DNA from: Selaginella moellendorffii
Lineage: Eukaryota > Plantae > Lycopodiophyta
DNA: 64,000 bases
Reading direction: 5' to 3'
NCBI RefSeq assembly: GCF_000143415.4
Contig: NW_003314265.1
Location: 448,405 to 512,404 of the forward strand
Part shown: one piece after another, positions 1 through 10,075 of the stretch
Position numbering within the stretch: position 1 is the stretch's first letter
How the letters are laid out: the number at the start of each line of letters is the position of its first letter
The notes under the pieces: generated by a model
Seen by the model: the letters and a program-made list of their open reading frames with translations, nothing else
Database searches by the model: none
What the model was told of the DNA's origin: nothing
Position numbers and translations under genes: made by a program

Positions 1-750
1 CATTTTCTGGATCCACAAGCAGATGGACTTCTCGGTGTTCCTGAAGCCGTAGTCTTTGCTCTTGTTGATGATAAATTGCGGCAACTTCATCACCAGATCA
101 TAAAGCCACCACGTTTCAGGTTGAAGGTCAGACTCTAGGAGTCCACATTTGGTTGTAATATCCTTCCCGATTGTCTCCTTACCATGCATCATTCACTAAG
201 CTCTTACCACCACCGTCGTACTCCTGTGGAGCTTCCGCATGAAGATTAAGTTCCCTGGCCAGTAGGTTCCACAGCCTCTTCCAGCTGATGAGATCCCCGT
301 TATCGATGTTAAAGGCTTGATTATGAGCATTTGGATTCATGCAACTCTTGCTCGGCTATCAAGCCCGCATCCAATAAATTCGTGAAGCTGTTCCATTTGT
401 TCAAGTCGCCAGGGAAGACGAAGTTGAGACCTTCTTTCTTGCAGATTGCAGCACACACTGCTAAACGTCCCAACATGTTAGCGTAGTCTCTAGGTGCAAA
501 TCCGATGATGATATTCGCACGATGAACAGACCAAGTCAGATTGGCAGCTTTGCATGCCTCCCAAAGGATATCCTCTTGCGTGTAAAAATTTGATATTCCA
601 TGTATCCTCGGCATATCTTCTGTAAACGGTGGCTCGTTGACTTGTAAGCCAATCATATTAGAGGAAGGTCCTAAATAGTGCTTGGTTCCAGTCTGCAAGC
701 AGACATGCTTGATCTTTTTTGCGACTGGGATGATCGTTTAGCGTCTGCAT
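1..750 (-). pseudogene. PRISE/VEP1 (progesterone 5-beta-reductase/iridoid synthase-like SDR) pseudogene, runs off the window edge
   Basis: Motifs KHVCLQTGTKHYLGP, NFYTQED, TWSVHR, NQAFNIDNGD, WKRLW and SKDYGFRNTEKSICLWIQKM are spread over several frames with frameshifts and stops (e.g. EQEL/MNPNAHNQAFN frame switch near 340). No N-terminal Rossmann motif found. Confidence 0.85.
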
Positions 751-1186
751 TCAGTCAGCGACAATTTGGATCCTTTAAGTTATACCTCCTTTTGGAGTGG
801 TAAAATTGTCCGGCTGGAAACTTCATCTTGTCTGGAACTTACTATCAGCGAGAGACAGCCATTATCCGTCTCAGACCTCACACACCTTCCTCCACACAAA
901 CACTTAAGAAAGAAAATATTTCCTTGCACTGCTGCTTCTTGTTGTTTTGCTCAACCTTTATGTGTTCATAGAAAGAACCTTTGGTCATTTATATCTACTC
1001 TTGTTGCAAAATCTATTTTATATATTTGATCACAAAAATATCTAACTTTCCTAGTTCCTACAAACATTGTAAACCTCAAACTACCGATTTAATTATTAGA
1101 ACATTAGAGTGCCTCCCACGAACCTTTTCCATCTTCAACACCGATGATCCCTCGAGGTTGGGAGTTGTTGCCACGGAATCTTAATC

Positions 1187-1210
1187 CGCCGTTGCCGGGG
1201 ATCGAACCCG
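1187..1210 (-). pseudogene. 3' fragment (T-arm plus acceptor strand) of a tRNA-Asp-like sequence
   Basis: Reverse complement CGGGTTCGATCCCCGGCAACGGCG matches the 3' end of plant cytosolic tRNA-Asp(GTC) as I recall it. The 5' half is absent. Confidence 0.65.
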
Positions 1211-1270
1211 CGGACATGCAACCACGTAATATATGGTTTGTTTACAGGAAGAATAAAAAACTTACTGACG

Positions 1271-3146
1271 TCAAGACTTTGGTGGACACTGGTAACACCT
1301 CGCAAAAAGCCCAAAAGTTCGCACTTGTCTTGTCAGGTTGGAAATCGTTGCCCATCCTCCAATCCCAACACCCACCACCACCACCCACAAAATCACTCCC
1401 AGATTGATGCAATACATTCCAGCCCAGCTGCGTATCCAGAATGGAGGTTGCTCAAATGAACTCTATTAAGAAAACAAAAAGCCATTGTTAAGTTACCAAC
1501 ATGCAAAGGGAAACAAAAACCATTTACCTTGCGTGCCTTCTCACTTCTGAAGACGATCATATGCGTAAGGCATGGAAGGAAGTAAACAGCGAGCGTTGTA
1601 AAGAAGGAACCGTTGAAGGAGTCGATGGGACCAAAGAAAGGCAGCATAATCGCACAAAACCATATGAGGAGAAAAACCGGTATCCTGGCAGCCACTTTTA
1701 ACAGGTAGTAATTCGAGTGGTGAATCCCAAAAAGCTTCTCACACATAATGAAGAATGGCAACGCTACGAGACCAAATTCAAAGAACTGCAAGATAAAAGA
1801 GTTAGAGCAATGGCACACACAAAGAAAAAAGGATAAACACTCTTTGACAAACCTGGTGGATGATAATCAGTACTACCGCGGCATCGCGGAACTTCGTCCT
1901 GGGAAGAACAGCGAAGGCGTTAGCGTTGTGCAGCATCCTATCGCCAAAAGCCCAGTATACAGTTGATGCAGATGGTAGCGTCAAGGTGAGAGTATATAAG
2001 ACGGCATAAAAATACACTCGCTTGAAATCTCTTGGCTTCCACATTGACCCTGCAAGTTCACTGTTGGCACGGTAACGAAAACAACATTGTCAAACCGTTA
2101 AGAGAGCTTAAATGCAGAAAGAAAGGAATATGAAGACGTACACTGTCAGTCCGTGTCCTCCAAATGTGTAGATTATGTTAGATGCGCCCAAAAAATAGTT
2201 TTCCAGGCTATGAGGACCAGTGTGCTTCACCCCCGGATCCTGCAAAAATCCCAAGATTCAGCACAGTGACTTTAGCATTGTCAAACGGCTTACTCTCCCC
2301 TGGACTGCTGCAGCAATGGTTAAATACCAAGCCACATATGTCGTCATGATAATGCCAGCAAAAGACCACATCCGATAATTACGCGGCGAGGGGAGCAAAA
2401 CACCCAGAAACATGAACGGCCCCAGGACAAGGGTCCATGTCCGTTTGTCCAGATTATCATTGATATAGTACGCGGCACTGCAATGCTATCCAGGATAAAG
2501 GCAGAGAATTGAAAAGCATTAGAAAATCAAGCACACCTCGCACAGGCTACCATTTGGATCATGGCAGCGGAAGACAAGCCGCAAAAGTATAATAGCAATG
2601 TCGCTCCCTTGCCCCAAGGCCCGAGGAAAAACTCCATAACTTCATACCACTGGAAGGGAAGGTCAGCCAAGAGCACTCTGCGAGATCGCACTGATACAAA
2701 CCTGAACAACGTGATTTTTCTTCTGCTGCGAGCCTTGCGTTGCTAGGTAAGTGAGGTACACGCTGGTCATGATGTAAGAAACCCAGGACCCCATCATGCC
2801 ATAGAGCAATTGGAAAGTAATGCCTGATGCCATTCCCATCTGAGCGAATGTGAATGGGAGATTGAGCAAGACTTGAGACACCTGCAAGAACAAAGCGGTG
2901 AGAAGAACCTGGAGAAAGAAAGCTCACACGAACCTGAAAAGACGCTGCGTTGAGCCAGGCATCGAAAGACGATCCTCCGTTCCATAAAACTCTATCGATA
3001 AACTCGCGATACCGTGAAGCCCCGACGGTTTCTTGCGGCACAATCGCTGAACTGGCAGGCTCCTGCCGCTGCGATGAGGAGGTATCTACTAGATCTAATT
3101 GAGAGGACTCATCCCAGACACTCAGAGAGATGCTACTAGAATCCAT
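1271..3146 (-). CDS. Divergent AUX1/LAX-like amino-acid/auxin permease, multi-exon
   Basis: Exons encode GGSSFDAWLNAASFQ/VSQVLLNLPFTF, KNHVVQ/WYEV, DKRTWT, NYRMWSF, YTFGGHGLTVELAGSMWKP, YWAFGD, LPFFGPI and FGLFARCYQCPP, with GT-AG introns. Confidence 0.9.
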
Positions 3147-3408
3147 AAGTTACCCTTCTGTGCATCACTGAAATTGAAAAAAGAGAAGTACGATGCAAGG
3201 GAAGCTACCAAGTAGCACCTAAAAGCAGCCCATATACGCTGACTATGCACTTGCAAGCCCCGACGAGGAATGAAGTTTCCAGGGATAGATAAATTGAGAG
3301 ACGGGAGAAAGAGCGACCTAAGCAGCTGCTGCTTACTGTACACACACTTCATCTTAGCCACGCAAGCTATTATATAATCCAAACGAGAGAACCGACGCCA
3401 TTACTTAG

Positions 3409-4090
3409 CTAATAGTCGAGAACCTCCGTCTCCGTTATGGACCTGGAGTGCCGGACGATTGATCTCCCGATAGAGTTGATCCAGTCCTCTTTTTCCTGCG
3501 TGATTTGCAAGTTAAACGTGAAGCATGATCTATTGAGCTAAAGACGGCCAGACCTTGTCCGAGTCCGCGATAAAATACATCGTCTCCTTGTTCGTGGACA
3601 ATTCAAATGCGTGCTGCCGGTTTAGAACGTCCTCGGCTCCTTTCACAGTCAGACATCCACTCACAAGAATCACTCCTCGTGGTCTAGAGTACTGCAAAAG
3701 ACAAGATGAAAGGACGAAAAAAAAGTGTAGAGAAAATGAAGGAAAATCTCCAACCTGAGTGATAGTGCTCTCCTTGAACCAGAAAAGCCTTCCTTGCTTA
3801 AGAACAAACCAGCGTCTTCTCCAAGTTTTAATGTACTCTCCTATTAGCATCCACACAGCACAGATTAATTCTCGGGAAAAGAGGGAACTTTAGAGGACTA
3901 CCTTACCCTGCTTCATGAGCCAACCAGCTCGCTCGGGACTGCTCCAAAATGGAACCTGTCAGCAGCACATTGCCCATTTTCAGACCTAAATCGCATCGAT
4001 GCACAAGGATTTCCAGAACCGCGCGGATCTACACACCTGATTCTCTTCCGCCGGCTCTTTGCGCGTGAAGAATCCGGCGATGCCCGCCAT
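3409..4090 (-). CDS. Small pleckstrin-homology domain protein (AtPH1-like), 5 exons
   Basis: FWSSPERAGWLMKQG/EYIKTWRRRWFVLKQGRLFWFK/PRGVI..CLTVKGAEDVLNRQHAFELST..MYFIADSDK/EKEDWINSIGRSIV. Confidence 0.92.
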
Positions 4091-4277
4091 CGCCTCCTCC
4101 TCTCCCTCCACGCCTTGCAAATAGATAGAGAATTAAAGCCTAAAGAAAAGTTTCTGAAGCCTTTAGGAATCGAACCTTGGACTCCCTTTAAATCTAAGCT
4201 TTTTCGTCCTTGAGAGTCGAACTCGACACCTTTTAGTGTCAACACGTGGCAGGCCACATGCCGTTGGATTTGCCTGA

Positions 4278-6476
4278 TTAAACTTCTATACAAATGTTTG
4301 ATAGCATTACATAAGACGAGGAATCGAGCTTGGAAGCCATAGCCGCCGCTCGCTGCGAGCTTTCACGGTGTGTTCTACACGAAGATAGCAGCGACATCCA
4401 AGCGACCTCACCCGGCTCAAAAGGCATGTTTTTTATAAGATCCTCGGCCTCGCTCAGCTTGCCGGCGCGCGCGAGCAAATCGATCACGCAGTGGTAGTGT
4501 TCTCTCACGAGATTTACGTGGTGATCCACGGTTATGGACGCGAAGTAGTCCAGGGCCCTCTTGTGCTCGCCGAGATGGCTACAAGCCGTGAGAACCGTGA
4601 TGAAGTTCACGTAGTCCGGCTCGAATCCCTCGCTGATCATCTCCATGAAGAGATCGAGGGCTTCTTGCGGACGGCCGCTCTGGACGAAGGCAGTGATCAT
4701 CGTGCTCCAGGAGACCAGGTCTCGGTGTTTCATGCCATCGAACACGGCCTTCGATCCCTGGAGGTGAGCACACTTCGAGTAGAGATCTATCAGCGAGTTT
4801 TCCAGCACTAGATCGGGCTCGTTCTTGCTCGTCTCGTAAGTTTCATGGAGGATCTTGACCAGAGCTAGAGATGCCAAGCTTCCACACGCTTCGAAGGCTG
4901 CAACGAAGCTAAAGTTGTCGGGATGGAAGCCGGCTTGATCCATAGCGGCAAAAACTTTTATGCTCGTCTTGGCTCGGGCATTGATCGTGTATCCAGCGAT
5001 GAGCAAAGTCCACGACGTGATATCGTGTTTGGGCATTCGATCGAACTCTTCCTGGGATCTCTCCATGCAGCCACACTTGGAGTACAAATCTACGAGAGTG
5101 TTACCGAGAGTTTGATCCGGTTCCAGCCCGCTGATGACAAAGCTCGAGTGGATCTCTTGGCCTCTTTCTAGAGACTTCAAAGCCGAGCAAACGCTAAGCG
5201 CAGTGGAGTACGCGACGAGATCCGGAGAAACTCCTTCGTGATCCATGAGAGAGAAGCATCGAAGCGCTCGATCGTTCATGGAGTTTTGGCTGTAAGAAGC
5301 CATCATGGTCGTCCAGGTGCTCGCTCCTCTCGCTGGAATTTCGCTAAAGAGTTTCTCCGCCTCGATCAACAATCCATTCTCCGCGTAGGCCGAGATCATG
5401 GTGTTCCACGATACCGTGTTCTTTGCGGGCATTCGATCAAACAAGTTCCTCGCCTCGCCAATGTTTCCAGCCTTTGCATATGCCGAAACCATCGAAGTCC
5501 ACGACACCACGTCCGGGGATGGCATTCTCTCAAACAAATCTCTCGCTCGATGGAGCTCGCGATTGCTAGAAATGTATGCTTGGATCATCGCGTTCCAAGA
5601 CACGGTGTTTGGACTTGGCATCTCCTTGAACAAGCTTTCGGCTTGCTCCAAATGCCCATTGTGGGAGTATGCGAGGAGCATGACGTTCCAGGAGATGGGG
5701 TTGGGATTTGGGATTCTATCAAACAGCCGCTTTGCCTCGTCGATCTGAGCGTTTTGGGCATAGGCTTGCACCATGGTCGTCCAAGACACCACATTTCTGT
5801 CTGGCATCCTCTCGAAAAGCTCCCGCGCTCGATGCAATTCTCCGTTCTGGGCAAACATCGCCACCATCGTCGTCCACGCCACAACATTCTTCACGGGCAT
5901 TCGCTCAAAAAACTCCCTCGCCTCGTCGATGTGAGCGCTTTGAGCATACGCATTCAGCATGGCGTTCCAGGACGCAGCGTTTGGTTCTGGAATTCGATCG
6001 AACAAACTCTTCGCTTCGTACAAATACCCATTCTCGGCATACCCCGAGATTATCGAGTTCCATGACACAGTGTTTTTGCATGGAGACCGATCAAACAAGG
6101 CTCTCGCTTCGCTGATTTCTCTCTTGCTTGTGTAGGCGGAGATGATGGTGTTCCAGGAAACGGCATCAGGACGAGGAATGCTATCGAAAATATTCCTTGA
6201 TTCCTGCAGATGCCCGTTACGGGCAAATGCAGAAAGTATAAGATTCCAGGAGAAGACGTTGGGCTGCTCGATCTGGCCGAAAACGGCGAGGGCATCGGCG
6301 GGGCTGCCACACTTGGCGTACATATTGATGAGGAGATTTGCCAGATATCTGTTATGGACTTGAGCACTGGAAGCAATAAGCGCATGAAGGTTTTTGGCGC
6401 TCGCGAGGTCTTGCGAGTCTGTGCATGACCGAATAAGCGAAGCATAACGAGATCTTTCCGCCGTTGAAGACGTCAT
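4278..6476 (-). CDS. PLS-class PPR protein with truncated E domain, no DYW
   Basis: Intronless 732-aa ORF with tandem ~31-aa repeats (NxVSWNxMI), HYHCVIDLLARAG, MPFEP and SYVMLSNI end. Confidence 0.95.
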   Translation of the reverse strand: MTSSTAERSRYASLIRSCTDSQDLASAKNLHALIASSAQVHNRYLANLLINMYAKCGSPADALAVFGQIEQPNVFSWNLILSAFARNGHLQESRNIFDSIPRPDAVSWNTIISAYTSKREISEARALFDRSPCKNTVSWNSIISGYAENGYLYEAKSLFDRIPEPNAASWNAMLNAYAQSAHIDEAREFFERMPVKNVVAWTTMVAMFAQNGELHRARELFERMPDRNVVSWTTMVQAYAQNAQIDEAKRLFDRIPNPNPISWNVMLLAYSHNGHLEQAESLFKEMPSPNTVSWNAMIQAYISSNRELHRARDLFERMPSPDVVSWTSMVSAYAKAGNIGEARNLFDRMPAKNTVSWNTMISAYAENGLLIEAEKLFSEIPARGASTWTTMMASYSQNSMNDRALRCFSLMDHEGVSPDLVAYSTALSVCSALKSLERGQEIHSSFVISGLEPDQTLGNTLVDLYSKCGCMERSQEEFDRMPKHDITSWTLLIAGYTINARAKTSIKVFAAMDQAGFHPDNFSFVAAFEACGSLASLALVKILHETYETSKNEPDLVLENSLIDLYSKCAHLQGSKAVFDGMKHRDLVSWSTMITAFVQSGRPQEALDLFMEMISEGFEPDYVNFITVLTACSHLGEHKRALDYFASITVDHHVNLVREHYHCVIDLLARAGKLSEAEDLIKNMPFEPGEVAWMSLLSSCRTHRESSQRAAAMASKLDSSSYVMLSNICIEV

Positions 6477-6717
6477 AGTAGAGACTCAAATTGTTGAATT
6501 GGCAGATAAATCATTTTGTAAAGAATTTCTATCAGTAAATCATCATGCTTGCAATCTAAATTCGATAGCAAATATATATATGCTCATTTTTCTCAAAGCT
6601 TTACATAGCTATTTTCTGTACAGAGCGAGCGACCGTTCGTTATAATGCTATCAAAACTGTGTGTCTTAATATACATCCTCGGCTATGCGGTGTACTCCTT
6701 AATACTTGTAAAAACAC

Positions 6718-8447
6718 TCACAGATCTTTCCTGTAACCCATAATGCTTGCAACCCGTTGCCTGAGCTTTACCCTCTGATAATGCAGCCTCAAAAGCCCAT
6801 TGCCAACGACGACGTTGGAGTAAACAAGATGAGTGACCATTGGTGCCAATATGTTCCCAGTCTGTGAGAAGAAAAAAATGGAAGAAAAGTGAACTTTCTG
6901 CAAGGAAAAATAGAATTTTTGTGTGTACCTGTAGCCACTCGAATCCAAGGTAGAGTGCCAACAGTGATTCCATGAGGGGAGAGTAAATCTTCTTCATCGT
7001 TCTCCTCTCGTTCCACACTGCAAATGGACACTTGTTCTCAGAAACTGGACCGGAAGAACGCCGCACACAAACCTTCAAATCGCTTCCTCATGTCTTTCAG
7101 AGCCTGTTTTCCACGGGAGACCGGTGCAATCACATAAGTTGGATCTGCAACCAAAGTACACCTTTTTCAGTCAAGCTGGCTATTGTTTACGAATTTCCAA
7201 ACCTTTTGGAGCTGTGATCACGTAGTACATAGAGCCTGTCAATGCCGAGGACAGGACGACGGCCAGAATCTGTGCAAACGGTGCGAAGCACGGTACTATA
7301 GCAGTCTGGAAGAAAACAAAACGATTAAAGAGAGGCTCGAATGCTTGCTTGTTTTGCTTACCAGTGCGGACAGTCCCTGTGGAGTTTGGTTAAGACTCGC
7401 ACTGGCTTGGATTGCATGTGAAAAGCCACCCTGAAATTTACATAAGAATTCATAAAAATCAGTTTTTTTTTCTCTAGAAAACCAACAATCAAGAGGTAGA
7501 AAGAACCAACCTGAAGAGCAACTCTAAAGAAGATCTCTTCGGAAAGAGCTCCGGCTATAACGATAGGGAGGAACTGCAAACATCGTGAAATAATCAATAC
7601 TTGAATCGACGAACAACGTTGAGAAGAGAACAAAAAACTAAGTACCTGCCACCCCATTCCCTCGAAATACTCCATAAGTTCTCCGTCCTCGACATCACGC
7701 ACAGCTCTAGCGGGTGCCCAAGCATTGACAATCGCATCCTATGTGTGATACGCGCAACTTAGAACCGGAGATAGAAATTTTTTCGAAGAGCTTACGTCTT
7801 GGATAAAGAGTAAAGCCAGCATAGGCACGACTGCGTAGCCGAGGCCATCCAACACAGCCTCTGGAGATATCTCAAAGCCACCCCAGCAATCTATACCAAT
7901 CACCTTACAAATGGCTTGGCCAACAAACGCTAGCCCTGCATACAAGCCTGCGAGCGAGAGCTCAAAGTTAGCCACCATAGCTATGATTCAAGAAAGAGGA
8001 GGTCATGGGATTTCTAGAAAGAAAACTTCACACTCACCGAGTCCATACACGACTCGAAACGTTAAGCTAAGTTGCTCCCAGAGAGGCTCACTGGAGTCTT
8101 TGAGAAACAGTGCGTCGGGATCCCACTTTGCTCCCTGTGGACATCAAACAAAACAAACTCAGGAATCTCTCGATCGATAAGAACAAACAGTGAGAACCGA
8201 CCTCGATGCTTTGGATTCCACTGCTCCTCTCCAGCTTCTTGTCCTCCACATACTCGGGCTCCCGGACCGCGCAAACAGTGGTGGACACCGCCCTCTTTTC
8301 CCTGATAGCGTCGGCAGCCGGAGAACAAGAAGAACTAGACCACTGCTTGATCGGATTGGATCCAAGGAACTCTTTCCTGGCGACCCATTTAGGATGCGAT
8401 CTCGCAGAAATCCCAATTCTTGTTCTTGGACGCAGCAGACATTCCAT
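6718..8447 (-). CDS. CAAX amino-terminal protease (CPBP/Abi) family membrane protein, probably plastid-targeted
   Basis: Exons with ALSEEIFFRVALQ, ALYLGFEWLQ/TGNILAPMVTHLVYS; N-terminus resembles a transit peptide. Confidence 0.85.
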
Positions 8448-8879
8448 CGCCCAAGCGACCTGGTATTTCGCTCACAGGAAAATCAGCGCTTGCATGGCGT
8501 GCGCCCACGACCAATCCAATTTTACCATTAGCTTCCCAGCTATGCCCCACGCTCGATCGAGAGAGAGAGAGAGAGAAGAGCGAGAGAGAGTGAGATAGGC
8601 TTACCCAATCGCTATTGGGCACACAGATTGCGAGCAATGCCACCTCTGCAAAACCCAGCCACGTGTAAAGCGACATTCCGGCATATCCTACAATATACCG
8701 CCATTCTCTCCTACCTGGCAGCAAGCCCTAAAACCAAAGATTCACGGCCCTCCATGTGTCACCCACCGTGCCACGAGTTCTCCACGTGTGAATGCTGACG
8801 GGGCCAAGCATATTCGCCTCTCTTCTAGGGTTGTAGAGTTCTAAGATCAGGGTTTTGGGAGCGCTGCTCGCTTGGCCCG

Positions 8880-9905
8880 ATGTTTGTCAAGGTAGGGCAT
8901 CCCGCGGATCTCAACAAGAACACAGAGTGGTTCCAGTACCCTGGAATCTGGACGACCTACATCCTCATCATCTTCTTGTCATGGCTTTTGGTGCTATCGC
9001 TGCTGGGATGCTCCGTGGGAACGGCATGGACGATTGTCAATCTGGTCCACTTTGGAGTAAGCCTTCGATTTTTTGTTCCCCTCTTTGGTTTTTTTTTCTT
9101 GTTTCTATGGTTTTTTCTAAGATCACGGGAAAATGCGTGCGTAGGTGACGTACAATTTCTTCCACTGGAAGAAGGGGACGCCGTTTGCCGAGGACCAAGG
9201 CCTGTATAGCAAATTGACGTGGTGGGAGCAAATGGATCACGGGCGGCAGCTCACGCGGAACCGCAAGTTCTTGATGGTGGTGCCAGTGGTCCTGTAAGTT
9301 TTCTCTTGGTCTTGCTTTCTTTCGATCGAGCTCTATCTTGTCTCACGCAGTGAAAGTCACTTGTTCTTTCTTGATCCATTCCATTTCTTTCGAGCGAGCT
9401 CTATCTTGTCTCACGCAGTGAAAGTCACTTGTTCTTTTTTGATCCATTCCATTTCTTTCGAGCGAGCTCTATCTTGTCTCACGCAGTGATCTTGCTTGAT
9501 CCATTCCATTGCTTTCAAGCGACTCACGCAGTGAAAGTCTCTTGTTCTTACTTATTCCATTGCTTCCGAGCGAGTTCTATCTTTTCACGCGGTGAAAGTC
9601 TCTTGATCCATTCCATTGCTTTCGAGCGAGAGCTCTATCTTGTCACGCATTGTTCTTACTTGATCTTCGAGCGAGCTCTATCTTCTCATGCAGTGAAGTC
9701 TCTTGTTCTTGCCATTGCTTTCGAGCGAGCTCTCACGCAGTGAAACTCTTTTTCCTCTAGGTATCTCATCGCGTCCCACACCACGGACTACAAGAACCCG
9801 TTCCTCCTCCTCAACACCATCGCGGTGCTCGTGCTCGTCATCGCAAAGCTTCCTCACATGCACAAGGTTCGCATACTTGGCATCAACGCTGACTATCCAA
9901 CTTAG
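8880..9905 (+). CDS. ORM: ORM/ORMDL sphingolipid-synthesis regulator, 3 exons
   Basis: DLNKNTEWFQYPGIWTTY / FHWKKGTPFAEDQG..LTWWEQMD..RKFL / YLIASHTTDY..AKLPHMHKVRILGIN. Confidence 0.95.
9318..9745. repeat. Degenerate ~50-67 bp tandem minisatellite in ORM intron 2
   Basis: About 7-8 copies of ttcgagcgagctctatcttgtctcacgcagtgaaagtc..ttgatccattccatt. Confidence 0.9.
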
Positions 9906-10075
9906 CGACGAACACACAAGCTTTTAGTTTTTAGTAAGAGCGCTTGTACATGACACAGCATATGTATAAGATGAAGCTTTCATGTTTCTTTTCGAAACCA
10001 TTCTTCGATCAAACTTTTAACCTAGCTCTATCTAAGCCTCGAAAAACAAAAGAGAATGAGAAAAAAATCTCCTCG

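Noticed and set aside
9318-9745. CRISPR-like repeat array
   Set aside because: Eukaryotic intron; degenerate tandem units without unique spacers and no cas genes.
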